Part shown: in pieces, positions 1 to 7,952 of the stretch
Numbering within the stretch: the stretch's first letter is position 1
Layout: each line of letters begins with the position of its first letter
From: a virus
Taxonomy: Duplodnaviria > Caudoviricetes
IMG/VR virus record: IMGVR_UViG_3300005719_000009
Location: 12,125 to 76,124 of that record
Strand: one strand, 5' to 3'
DNA: 64,000 nucleotides
Made by a program: the position numbers and the translations under genes
The notes under the pieces: model-generated
The model's database searches: none
Seen by the model: the letters and a program-made list of their open reading frames with translations, nothing else
Told to the model about the DNA's origin: nothing

Positions 1-57
1 CACTGCTAATGCAATTCAAACCGGGACTTTATGACGGAACTTTTCAAAAACCGTCAA

Positions 58-333
58 TTAATTATCAGCAATGGAATTTATTTCGTCCATAGCCGTTGAC
101 ATTCCTGCACTCGCTTCTTCAAGTGCATTTATAACATCAACCAGAGAGTCTATTGCAGACTGCATCGCTTCGCCTTTATCCCCATTCTGAAGACTCTCTG
201 GCATGTTATCGAATTTATTTTGTTCATTCTCTTGTATTTGCTCTATTTCGCCCTTCAGTTCTTCTATCAAATCCTGAATAGAGCCGCATCGTTCACTGAA
301 CTTAGTTAGTTGTTTGCGATCCTGTTTGTTCAT
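58..333 (-). CDS. conserved phage hypothetical protein (acidic, helical)
   Basis: 91 aa ORF; the MNKQDRK...FDNMPESLQNGDKGEAMQSAI pattern resembles a recurrent small phage family (recalled, not searched). Confidence 0.75.
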   Translation of the reverse strand: MNKQDRKQLTKFSERCGSIQDLIEELKGEIEQIQENEQNKFDNMPESLQNGDKGEAMQSAIDSLVDVINALEEASAGMSTAMDEINSIADN

Positions 334-466
334 GGTGAAAAGTTTTTTAATTATGAATTAATGACACGCAAGATAACACCATCAACCAACAACCGCAAGC
401 GTAAAAATACTCAATTTCAACAACGGCCTGCGAACAACAATCAATCATTCTATAAATTAGAATAAC

Positions 467-682
467 TCACATCATATTCCCGGCATCAGGAAGATGATCA
501 CGGTTACCCTCCATCAACTCCTTAAGCCGAGCAAGATATCTATCCAATTCTTCTCTGGTCGGGACATAGGGCACATCCGGGCTTTCGGGTATATTACTAC
601 CATCGCAAGTATGCTCAATAGGGACGCGCGTTTTTACTCCATGACGGATAAATGAACACGCCTGACAAAAATTTCTTCTCAT
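467..682 (-). CDS. hypothetical protein, possible Zn-binding (CxxC...HxC)
   Basis: 71 aa ORF with CQAC and HTC. Confidence 0.6.
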   Translation of the reverse strand: MRRNFCQACSFIRHGVKTRVPIEHTCDGSNIPESPDVPYVPTREELDRYLARLKELMEGNRDHLPDAGNMM

Positions 683-1182
683 AAAATAGTTGCCCGCATT
701 TGTGCGGCCTCCTATTAGTAATATCCATTCAGGTTACAGCCGGTCAACAAAATCCAAATCAATGTGGATAACTAAAGTTTAGGATTCTGTCACGCTTCGC
801 CGGTAAACACCGCTAAAAATACGCCCGACAACCGATACGCCATTTCGTCACGGCCAACCAAAATCCACCGGCTACAGGTAAGACCAGCCCCCTTTACTCG
901 CGTGTCGGCCAGCGAAGCACCCCCGTGGATAAACGACCCCGCGCGCCTTCGGGTTTCGCAAAACTGCTGACCGGGTAGGTATGCTTTCGACTTTTCGCGT
1001 TCATTATTAATGACTTATCGCTGGTTCGCGGGCGTTTTGGGCTTCGGATGAACTGTTTTTGCCGTTTGTAGCCGATATTGATCTGTTGCCGGGCGCTGTT
1101 GTGGCGTTGTTATAGCCTGTTTGCGGGGCTATTTGGGGTTTGTGCTGGGTTTGGTGTGTTTGTGTGGAGATCAGGCCCTTGG

Positions 1183-1272
1183 CGGGGGCGTGGGGGGGGA
1201 GGGGAGGCACACGTGGGCGAAGGTGTTAAAATATAGTTAAGGAGGAACTAGATTGAGTAGTTTTTGGGGGAT
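1183..1272. repeat. inverted repeat, left copy (visible inner 90 bp; probably extends leftward)
   Basis: exact reverse complement of 63911-64000; the match runs off the right edge of the window. Confidence 0.95.
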
Positions 1273-1286
1273 TATAAAAAATAACC

Positions 1287-1327
1287 GGAATATTATTTGG
1301 TATTTATAACGTTACACCATACCTTTA
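1287..1327 (+). promoter_or_regulatory. early promoter P1, Bacteroidota primary-sigma type
   Basis: TTTG (1296-1299), 20 nt, TACCTTTA (1320-1327); first 30 bp identical to 2823-2852. Confidence 0.85.
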
Positions 1328-1373
1328 CATAAACAAGCAAACAATATACAATAACAAGCTAAACGTTTAGCAA

Positions 1374-1775
1374 ATGTCGAACACATTAACAAACACCGAA
1401 GTATTAGTTACAGAATACCCTTCTTTTGAAACAGCATGGAGCGCAGCCACCAACACCGTTACTACATTCGCGGCCTTTCAAGGCATGGAAAGTAAAATTA
1501 AATACATTAAGCAGGCGCAACGTTGGTTTGTTACGGAAGACAATGAACTGTACTATTCATATATGACTAATGACGGCGTTCGTATCGTAACAAAAGCTGA
1601 GGTTCACAGTATGTTAAGCAATAGTGCCTTTCAGTACATACAAATAATGGTTAGCCCTGACACTGAATCGAACCCTAAGCGTACCGGTAAATTACGCTTC
1701 AGCGGTCAATTTACAGACAGGAAGGGAGCAATCAACCTGTCAAAGCAATCTGAAGTATTTGCTTTTGACAAATAA
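1374..1775 (+). CDS. early hypothetical protein
   Basis: 133 aa, first gene after P1. Confidence 0.75.
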   Translation: MSNTLTNTEVLVTEYPSFETAWSAATNTVTTFAAFQGMESKIKYIKQAQRWFVTEDNELYYSYMTNDGVRIVTKAEVHSMLSNSAFQYIQIMVSPDTESNPKRTGKLRFSGQFTDRKGAINLSKQSEVFAFDK

Positions 1776-1783
1776 CATATCGC

Positions 1784-1806
1784 TGGCCCGGTTAAATGCC
1801 GGGCCA
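1784..1806. other. intergenic GC-rich hairpin (8-bp stem, no U tract)
   Basis: TGGCCCGG-TTAAATG-CCGGGCCA. Confidence 0.6.
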
Positions 1807-1836
1807 CAATACCTAACGAAATAAACAACTTGTATT

Positions 1837-2061
1837 ATGAACACCTTCTTAAACTTGTACAACGAATTTAATTGCGATCGTTACGAAATGATTAGGCAAA
1901 TCACGGACATTAACACCACGCCATTAATCGCACGGATTTACGAACGCGGCATTCAGGAACAATACAACGCAAAATACCGACCGCATTATTACGGCCAAAA
2001 TGCAACAAAACGGCTATCGCGTCAATATGCGCACAATTCATTGCTTTTATCATTGCACTAA
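1837..2061 (+). CDS. early hypothetical protein
   Basis: 74 aa in a co-oriented tight gene array. Confidence 0.65.
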   Translation: MNTFLNLYNEFNCDRYEMIRQITDINTTPLIARIYERGIQEQYNAKYRPHYYGQNATKRLSRQYAHNSLLLSLH

Positions 2062-2073
2062 ACAATTAACATC

Positions 2074-2268
2074 ATGCGTACAATAGAATTATTAGAAGAT
2101 ATGAAGAGTTGTGTTACACAAGGGGAAAAGAATATACCAGCGGGAACTATTATGGTAGAATACTATTCACAACTTTCATGGGTTTACTTCAAAGACAAAC
2201 AAGGCAACACCATGATAATTATGGGGCATAGTTCCACCGACTGGAATAAAGTTAAACAAATAAATTAA
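2074..2268 (+). CDS. early hypothetical protein
   Basis: 64 aa, A-rich leader. Confidence 0.65.
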   Translation: MRTIELLEDMKSCVTQGEKNIPAGTIMVEYYSQLSWVYFKDKQGNTMIIMGHSSTDWNKVKQIN

Positions 2269-2279
2269 ACACTTAATGT

Positions 2280-2516
2280 ATGAAACCAACAAATCATTAC
2301 ATAGATATGTTTCAGCCTGTTATTGACGCATGCAAAACCAGTGAAGAGTATGGGAAGGCATATATACGCATTTCGTCCTGTGTTGCTGGCATAATATTAG
2401 GTCGTGGCGTTAATCAATCACTGGAAGATTATTTGGCCGCAAACCCAGTAAAGAAAGTGTTTTTTGATTGGTGGCATTCGGTTAGGCATGATATTAACGC
2501 AAAATCTACATTTTAA
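2280..2516 (+). CDS. early hypothetical protein
   Basis: 78 aa. Confidence 0.65.
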   Translation: MKPTNHYIDMFQPVIDACKTSEEYGKAYIRISSCVAGIILGRGVNQSLEDYLAANPVKKVFFDWWHSVRHDINAKSTF

Positions 2517-2526
2517 ATATACCTGT

Positions 2527-2820
2527 ATGGTTTACTACGAATGGAGTTTAGAATACACTGATAAAGACGGCGATATAACAAACAGTGATTTTGCTGACAA
2601 GGTTGCAGATTTTGGCGCAGATGTTTTACAGGGGCGGCTGTGTCTTGTCAGAAATACAGGCAATGAAATAGACGGATTACAGGAAAGACACTGGGCATAT
2701 GTAAAAGATGGCAAGCTGCCGGTATTCTTTGAAGATAGCGCAGCCAGTGAAACCACTATTAAAGTACCTAAGCGTTTTCATGTAGAACTTGCGCATGCTG
2801 AAAAACATTTCCAAAAATAA
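2527..2820 (+). CDS. early hypothetical protein
   Basis: track ORF 2464-2820; ATG at 2527 (MVYYEW) avoids overlap with the previous gene. Confidence 0.65.
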   Translation: MVYYEWSLEYTDKDGDITNSDFADKVADFGADVLQGRLCLVRNTGNEIDGLQERHWAYVKDGKLPVFFEDSAASETTIKVPKRFHVELAHAEKHFQK

Positions 2821-2822
2821 CT

Positions 2823-2863
2823 GGAATATTATTTGGTATTTATAACGTTACATTATATATTTA
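2823..2863 (+). promoter_or_regulatory. early promoter P2
   Basis: TTTG (2832-2835), 20 nt, TATATTTA (2856-2863). Confidence 0.85.
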
Positions 2864-2883
2864 CAACATCAAATCAGAACAAC

Positions 2884-3081
2884 ATGAAACAGACTAAAGT
2901 ATTACCTCAATTACGCTACAACCAACTGAATATAATTCAGAAAATAAACGCAAAATCTAATGTGTTGACTATTATTTTAAACCCTACTGTGAGGGTTAGC
3001 AAATTGGCTCATTTATACAGCTCGGTATCTTACATATGGCCACAATATTATACTATTCCTTTTGTGGATACTTATAAGTAA
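2884..3081 (+). CDS. early hypothetical protein
   Basis: ATG at 2884 downstream of P2 (the track start at 2833 lies inside the promoter). Confidence 0.5.
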   Translation: MKQTKVLPQLRYNQLNIIQKINAKSNVLTIILNPTVRVSKLAHLYSSVSYIWPQYYTIPFVDTYK

Positions 3082-3082
3082 A

Positions 3083-3136
3083 GGTTAACTGATGAGCTGT
3101 TATTCAGCGAAACCGGTGTAATATCCGGTCTTAACC
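3083..3136 (+). ncRNA. type I hammerhead ribozyme
   Basis: stem I GGTTAA/TTAACC, core CTGATGA, stem II GCTG/CAGC, GAAA, stem III CCGG/CCGG, GUC cleavage triplet ending at 3130. Confidence 0.9.
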
Positions 3137-3153
3137 ACACAAACTGAAACAAT

Positions 3154-3258
3154 ATGAACACAACAACACACATTCATCCGCTGTTCCAGCTATTAATAGG
3201 AGCTATCATAATAGGCATTGGATTTTATTTTGCATACTATAAAAAGTACAATAACTAA
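3154..3258 (+). CDS. small single-pass membrane peptide (34 aa)
   Basis: hand translation MNTTTHIHPLFQLLIGAIIIGIGFYFAYYKKYNN; below track cutoff. Confidence 0.55.
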   Translation: MNTTTHIHPLFQLLIGAIIIGIGFYFAYYKKYNN

Positions 3259-3287
3259 TACAATCACCCTTTAATAACCTTTTAATC

Positions 3288-3503
3288 ATGCCACAACAAT
3301 CAGATAATCAAATAGGTATAAATTTTCGCTCCTTATTGGATGGCGAATTGTCCCAATTCATTCCTGATTACAATCAGCGTAATGAGTTCATTACACGGCT
3401 GGAAACCAGATTGATTCAAAACGACTGGATTACATTATCGGCTGGTACTACATTTGATCGCTCATTTATCGCTGGTCTTGACATAAAATTAATTAACCCA
3501 TGA
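3288..3503 (+). CDS. early hypothetical protein
   Basis: 71 aa; ATGA overlap with the next gene. Confidence 0.65.
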   Translation: MPQQSDNQIGINFRSLLDGELSQFIPDYNQRNEFITRLETRLIQNDWITLSAGTTFDRSFIAGLDIKLINP

Positions 3504-3736
3504 GCAATACAATTGATCAGCGCGAAAAAGATATTCAGGCGTTATGTGATGCCGTATTATATATGTCACCAAACTTTTACGACAACCCAAATGGTGGCTA
3601 TGAAAGTACTTGCCCTATTTGTCAGGCAATGGAAAGTCGGGGTGGCAGTACAGATATATGGGCCTCAATGGGCGAATTAACACACAAACCGAATTGCGCC
3701 TATCTTATAGCCAAAGATTTATCTACAGGACACTAA
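3500..3736 (+). CDS. early hypothetical protein, likely Zn-binding
   Basis: CPIC ... HKPNC. Confidence 0.7.
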   Translation: MSNTIDQREKDIQALCDAVLYMSPNFYDNPNGGYESTCPICQAMESRGGSTDIWASMGELTHKPNCAYLIAKDLSTGH

Positions 3737-3765
3737 ATTGATTAACTAATAAACTGTATGTATTT

Positions 3766-4017
3766 ATGAAACTAACATTAACCCGTAGTAAATCATCCCT
3801 AGAAAGATACTACTTAATACCCGGCTCAATGGGATGCGCGGGAGAACCGTTAAATCATGCAAATCACAAATACCTAATAGCTAATGGCGTTGATAATGGC
3901 AACGGATATCAGGGGTATATGTCAATATCTTATTTTTTAAAACAGGATTATATCCCAAAATCCGCAAAACAGAAAGTAATCAGATTATTATCGTCGGAGA
4001 ATCTAATATTTGATTAA
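3766..4017 (+). CDS. early hypothetical protein
   Basis: 83 aa. Confidence 0.65.
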   Translation: MKLTLTRSKSSLERYYLIPGSMGCAGEPLNHANHKYLIANGVDNGNGYQGYMSISYFLKQDYIPKSAKQKVIRLLSSENLIFD

Positions 4018-4050
4018 ATCAAACACTATTCAATAACATTTAAATCATTA

Positions 4051-4260
4051 ATGATGGGAAACAATTATGAAGTAATAGTAGGCAATGCCGGTACTATGCA
4101 ATACGAAAATTACACCCTTGCTAAAGAGTGCTATGATACATATGTAAGACTTTCTAAGGATAGCGAAACAAGAGTGTCAAATGAGCCGGTAACACTAATG
4201 AAAGACGGTGAAATAATTGCCGAATATATTCCTGAGGACCGCAATAGTTTAATTGATTAA
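4051..4260 (+). CDS. early hypothetical protein
   Basis: 69 aa, flanked by a ~25-bp direct repeat. Confidence 0.7.
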   Translation: MMGNNYEVIVGNAGTMQYENYTLAKECYDTYVRLSKDSETRVSNEPVTLMKDGEIIAEYIPEDRNSLID

Positions 4261-4278
4261 ATCAAACACTCTTCAATC

Positions 4279-4410
4279 ATGCCTCCTATACCATATACTT
4301 TAGTCTTAGGCCATACAGGCGGTTGGCACTGGCCAGCAAGCGATACAACCGTTATCAATACGCCTGATTATAATTTCTGGTTTACATTTCATTTCATAAC
4401 AATAAACTGA
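4279..4410 (+). CDS. small hypothetical protein (43 aa)
   Basis: hand translation MPPIPYTLVLGHTGGWHWPASDTT...; fills the intergenic gap. Confidence 0.45.
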   Translation: MPPIPYTLVLGHTGGWHWPASDTTVINTPDYNFWFTFHFITIN

Positions 4411-4417
4411 AACCACA

Positions 4418-4705
4418 ATGAAAACACAAATTAAAATCAATGGGCAAATCGGTGGCAATCACAGATTAGCAAACCGAATTTTAGCAGTTGGTAGCCGAAT
4501 AGAATCATGCGTAAATGGCATGTTTAATTCAAAGCTACTCACCTTTGAAACTAAACGGGCAGCAAAACAAGCGCTTTGGAAGTCCTATACTTCATTATGT
4601 GCCGAAGAGCCAACCGCCCGTGGTCATTTTGGCGGCATTAGGTATTCATCCGGATCAGCACTTTATTACGATGCCTCAGAAGCCGTTATTATCGATAATA
4701 AATAA
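4418..4705 (+). CDS. early hypothetical protein
   Basis: 95 aa. Confidence 0.7.
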   Translation: MKTQIKINGQIGGNHRLANRILAVGSRIESCVNGMFNSKLLTFETKRAAKQALWKSYTSLCAEEPTARGHFGGIRYSSGSALYYDASEAVIIDNK

Positions 4706-4743
4706 ACACAAGACTACAACCCTAACCTTCTAAACTCAAAATC

Positions 4744-4842
4744 ATGAAACGTTTATTCAAATCAATTTCACCCTTTTTCATTGGCATTCTTATTATGGTA
4801 GCCATATTCCTACTATTACACCATACCTCATTCAGTAACTTA
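4744..4842 (+). CDS. small membrane peptide (32 aa)
   Basis: hand translation MKRLFKSISPFFIGILIMVAIFLLLHHTSFST. Confidence 0.5.
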
Positions 4843-4871
4843 AACTATTCGCGGTAAAAACTAATTGAAAC

Positions 4872-4908
4872 TTTTATTTGGTATTTATAACCTCATTAAA
4901 TACCTTTG
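4872..4908 (+). promoter_or_regulatory. early promoter P3 (full consensus)
   Basis: TTTG (4877-4880), 20 nt, TACCTTTG (4901-4908); ATG only 5 nt later. Confidence 0.85.
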
Positions 4909-4913
4909 TGTAT

Positions 4914-5156
4914 ATGGGACGAAAATCAACAAAACATTCAGGCGAAATGTACGCATTAGCTCAGACTACAATTGAAGGCATGCGAATTGGAGAAGTACGC
5001 ATTATTGCATTGCCTTCAGATATGCCGTTTTTCAGAAAATATTTAAGCGAAATTGGCAAGCGCACAGACTGTAAGTATACAACAAAAACAATGTCTGACA
5101 AGCTACACATAATGCGTATTAAATACTCAAATATCTATTCCAAAAAAGTAGAATGA
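4914..5156 (+). CDS. small basic protein, candidate regulator (probably leaderless mRNA)
   Basis: ATG at 4914 (MGRKSTKH...) directly after the P3 -7 box; K/R-rich. Confidence 0.6.
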   Translation: MGRKSTKHSGEMYALAQTTIEGMRIGEVRIIALPSDMPFFRKYLSEIGKRTDCKYTTKTMSDKLHIMRIKYSNIYSKKVE

Positions 5157-5192
5157 TTTTAGTTAACAAAGTTTTCACTAAAACAATTGAAG

Positions 5193-5229
5193 TATTATTT
5201 GGTATTTATAACGTTATGTATTATCTTTA
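5193..5229 (+). promoter_or_regulatory. early promoter P4
   Basis: TTTG (5198-5201), 20 nt, TATCTTTA (5222-5229). Confidence 0.85.
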
Positions 5230-5249
5230 CACTATCAAACTAAAAACAC

Positions 5250-5483
5250 ATGCTGTACTACAAAGTAAAACCACACGCCGACCAAATAAACAAAGGAATC
5301 AGAACTAAAAAAGGATTTCTTATTAAAGATGAATTGTTTACGCCACGTGAAATAGAAAAAGCAATACAAGCTGGTAGAATTGATCACGAGTTCACAAAAA
5401 ACCATTTTAGCCGTATAGAAATAAGCCCCAAACGAACCTATTTCTTTTTTGGTGCCAGAAAATCAGCAGCAGATACTAAATAA
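5250..5483 (+). CDS. early hypothetical protein
   Basis: 77 aa after P4. Confidence 0.7.
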   Translation: MLYYKVKPHADQINKGIRTKKGFLIKDELFTPREIEKAIQAGRIDHEFTKNHFSRIEISPKRTYFFFGARKSAADTK

Positions 5484-5502
5484 ATTTATTTAAAAAACAC
5501 CT

Positions 5503-5667
5503 ATGCAACTACTTACAACATATTCATTCACAGCCAGTGACATTAACCTTATAACATTTGCGTTACGTCGGTTCGCTGAAACAGCTACCGTAGGCTCATT
5601 GGCGAAAGACGCAAAGAACTTAATTGAATACATAGAAGAGCAGAAAAAAGAAAAGGGCATTAAATAG
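5503..5667 (+). CDS. small hypothetical protein (54 aa)
   Basis: hand translation MQLLTTYSFTASDINLITFALRRFAE...; co-oriented with neighbours. Confidence 0.55.
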   Translation: MQLLTTYSFTASDINLITFALRRFAETATVGSLAKDAKNLIEYIEEQKKEKGIK

Positions 5668-5707
5668 CCGATGTTACGTAACACTATAACTAATTAACTA
5701 TAAACTT

Positions 5708-5905
5708 ATGGCACGCAGAAAATATCATACCGAAGCTACAGTTATACCGAAAACATTTGGGTCTGGGCATTCAGTAAATCATACTAAATACGGCAAAGGA
5801 AAGTGTGTTGGGTTTGTTCAGGGGAAATATTGGCGCATTCATTTTGACAGCGGGGATGTTCGAGATTTTTTACCCGCTAAATTATTTTCAAGTCTAATAA
5901 ACTAA
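5708..5905 (+). CDS. small beta-barrel (SH3/Tudor-like) hypothetical protein
   Basis: VNHTKYGKGKCV...RIHFDSGDVRDF pattern. Confidence 0.55.
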   Translation: MARRKYHTEATVIPKTFGSGHSVNHTKYGKGKCVGFVQGKYWRIHFDSGDVRDFLPAKLFSSLIN

Positions 5906-5918
5906 TTAACTCTATTGT

Positions 5919-6176
5919 ATGAATCATTTTGCCGCTATAGAACATTCCGTAAAAACCTCTTTTAGAGAAAATTATTCACTGTATAAAGAAAAATACCCTT
6001 CGATTAATTCAATTCCAACAAACCGGGCGTGTGCTAATGCACTTGATTACGCCGACAGCATATATCATTTACGTGAAATAGAGCAGGAACAAAATGAAAT
6101 AAAAGCCGGGGTCACATTAACACATTACGAAGACTGGGTTATTTCTGAATTAAAAGATTTAGCAAAAACAATATAA
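5919..6176 (+). CDS. early hypothetical protein
   Basis: 85 aa. Confidence 0.65.
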   Translation: MNHFAAIEHSVKTSFRENYSLYKEKYPSINSIPTNRACANALDYADSIYHLREIEQEQNEIKAGVTLTHYEDWVISELKDLAKTI

Positions 6177-6197
6177 CTAATTACTATAACACCTTAA

Positions 6198-6398
6198 ATG
6201 CCTTATATTATGATCACCACAAAAAACAGACAAGACGAAAACCTGCACACAGTTGAACAAATAAAAGCAGCAGGCAATAAAATATACACAACCAAAGGAG
6301 ACGAAGGGCTGCATACATCATACGGCAATACCCATACATTATGGACAGAAGCAGAGCCGGGACTATATAAGCCATACCACGCATACACGCGCAATTAA
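6198..6398 (+). CDS. early hypothetical protein
   Basis: 66 aa. Confidence 0.6.
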   Translation: MPYIMITTKNRQDENLHTVEQIKAAGNKIYTTKGDEGLHTSYGNTHTLWTEAEPGLYKPYHAYTRN

Positions 6399-6432
6399 CA
6401 ATGCATTATAACACCTTAAATACTTTACTATT

Positions 6433-6678
6433 ATGAACACAACAACACAACAACCAATAGAATTTACTAAATTAAAACATGATCAAAATGGTAACCCGCG
6501 ATATGTATGTAGCTGGCTGGCATTCAAAACAAAAACATACGCTGAAGCTATTAAGTTGGCAAATAAAATAGGCGGCAGAAAGTACAACAATAAAACGTTT
6601 GGTGGTGGTATCGTATTCACTTCATTTAATCCAAAAATAGAAGAAAAGCTGATTCGTGAAATTGCGGCAAAACAATAA
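6433..6678 (+). CDS. conserved phage hypothetical protein
   Basis: HDQNGNPRYV...ANKIGGRKY...GGGIVF; starts MNTTTQQP like the next gene. Confidence 0.75.
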   Translation: MNTTTQQPIEFTKLKHDQNGNPRYVCSWLAFKTKTYAEAIKLANKIGGRKYNNKTFGGGIVFTSFNPKIEEKLIREIAAKQ

Positions 6679-6708
6679 AATTAACAAACACATTAAAAAC
6701 ACAACACA

Positions 6709-7623
6709 ATGAACACAACAACACAACAACCCGCATCAAACGACCTCCGCTATACCATCAATACACATGATGCAGACGGAAATACAATGACTATAAAAAT
6801 AAGGCTTAACGACGAATTCAAAAACGGTCATCAGGATTTTGCAATCACTGCCGACATATACCAAAAAGGGAAGCCAAAAACAGACCGCTACTTTATAGCC
6901 GGTGGTTGCTGCCATGATGAAATATTAGCCGCCCGCCCGGACTTGAAATTGTTTGTCGATCTTCACTTATGTGATTATAAAGGCATCCCAATGCATGCAG
7001 TCCAAAATGGGTTTTATCATTTATATAATGGGTTTAATAACACAAAAGCTGATAACCCATCATTTGTTAGTGAGTTTTGCCAATACTACAGAATAACAAC
7101 CATACAATTTGCTGCACTTTGCGAATGCGAAAATACAACTCAATACGCCTTACAGCTTCAGAATTTAGGCATATTAAAACAATGGGAAACACAAGCAAAC
7201 GAAGCAATTAGTCTATTAGAAAAAATGACAGGTAAAAAGTTTTTGGTTGATAGTAAAAGAACACAATACAACGCCCCAACCCCCGAACAAATACAGGAAG
7301 AAAAAGAAAAACAGGCAAACGGGTACTATACACCCGCGGCCAAAGAACAACGAGAAAATGACAAAAAGAATGCATTGCACGCCAAAATAGATGCCGAATG
7401 GGATCAAAAAGTAAAAGAAATTAGCACAGAATACAGCCTTAAAAAACGCGTATTAGACATCGGGGGCGAAGCAGCACTAAAAAATTGCATCTATTATAAT
7501 CATACAAAACAATTAGCATTTAACTGGAAAGGATACGACCGCATAAGCGACGAGCTTATAAACAAAATAAAGGCTGAAATAATATTGCCTGACGGCGTAA
7601 CAATTAGAGACGAAAAGAAATAA
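6709..7623 (+). CDS. conserved phage hypothetical protein, possible metal-binding
   Basis: 304 aa; GGCCHDEI...LHLCD..G.PMH. Confidence 0.8.
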   Translation: MNTTTQQPASNDLRYTINTHDADGNTMTIKIRLNDEFKNGHQDFAITADIYQKGKPKTDRYFIAGGCCHDEILAARPDLKLFVDLHLCDYKGIPMHAVQNGFYHLYNGFNNTKADNPSFVSEFCQYYRITTIQFAALCECENTTQYALQLQNLGILKQWETQANEAISLLEKMTGKKFLVDSKRTQYNAPTPEQIQEEKEKQANGYYTPAAKEQRENDKKNALHAKIDAEWDQKVKEISTEYSLKKRVLDIGGEAALKNCIYYNHTKQLAFNWKGYDRISDELINKIKAEIILPDGVTIRDEKK

Positions 7624-7652
7624 CTACTACCGAACCACTACAAGACTAAGGC

Positions 7653-7952
7653 ATGAAAATATACAAATATGAGCCCACCTATTTTGTAAGATTGCAAATA
7701 GTAAAACAAAAAGAAGAGGCCGAATACTTGACTCTGCACGAAACCACCATTGAAGAAGTAAAAGAAATGTGCAAAAAAGTAGTAGTAAGCCAAAACATTA
7801 CCCCATTTGAAAAAGGGTATAAAACAACTATCAACATAAGAGAAGCAACAGGAGGCACCAATGGAAAATCCACTTCTTTATCATTCAGGGGTATTAATCC
7901 AATCAAAGTAAAAGATCTTATTGTTGATTACATTGAATCTAATTATAAATAG
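7653..7952 (+). CDS. early hypothetical protein
   Basis: 99 aa. Confidence 0.7.
   Translation: MKIYKYEPTYFVRLQIVKQKEEAEYLTLHETTIEEVKEMCKKVVVSQNITPFEKGYKTTINIREATGGTNGKSTSLSFRGINPIKVKDLIVDYIESNYK

Noticed and set aside
763-771. Perfect DnaA box (TGTGGATAA) in the terminal region
   Set aside because: About one such 9-mer is expected by chance in a sequence of this size and composition; no convincing cluster.
1007-1210. 67-aa ORF MPPLPPHAP...
   Set aside because: Starts inside the G-run, is low-complexity and looks like a by-product of the G/T strand skew.
4315-4376. Nested stems CAGGCG/CGCCTG and GGTTG/CAACC as an ncRNA
   Set aside because: Explained by a 43-aa ORF filling the gap; no recognisable motif.
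1287-5229. Repeated ~30-bp sequence as a CRISPR array
   Set aside because: Copies are 0.3-2 kb apart, each precedes a gene and fits promoter geometry; no regular spacers or cas genes.
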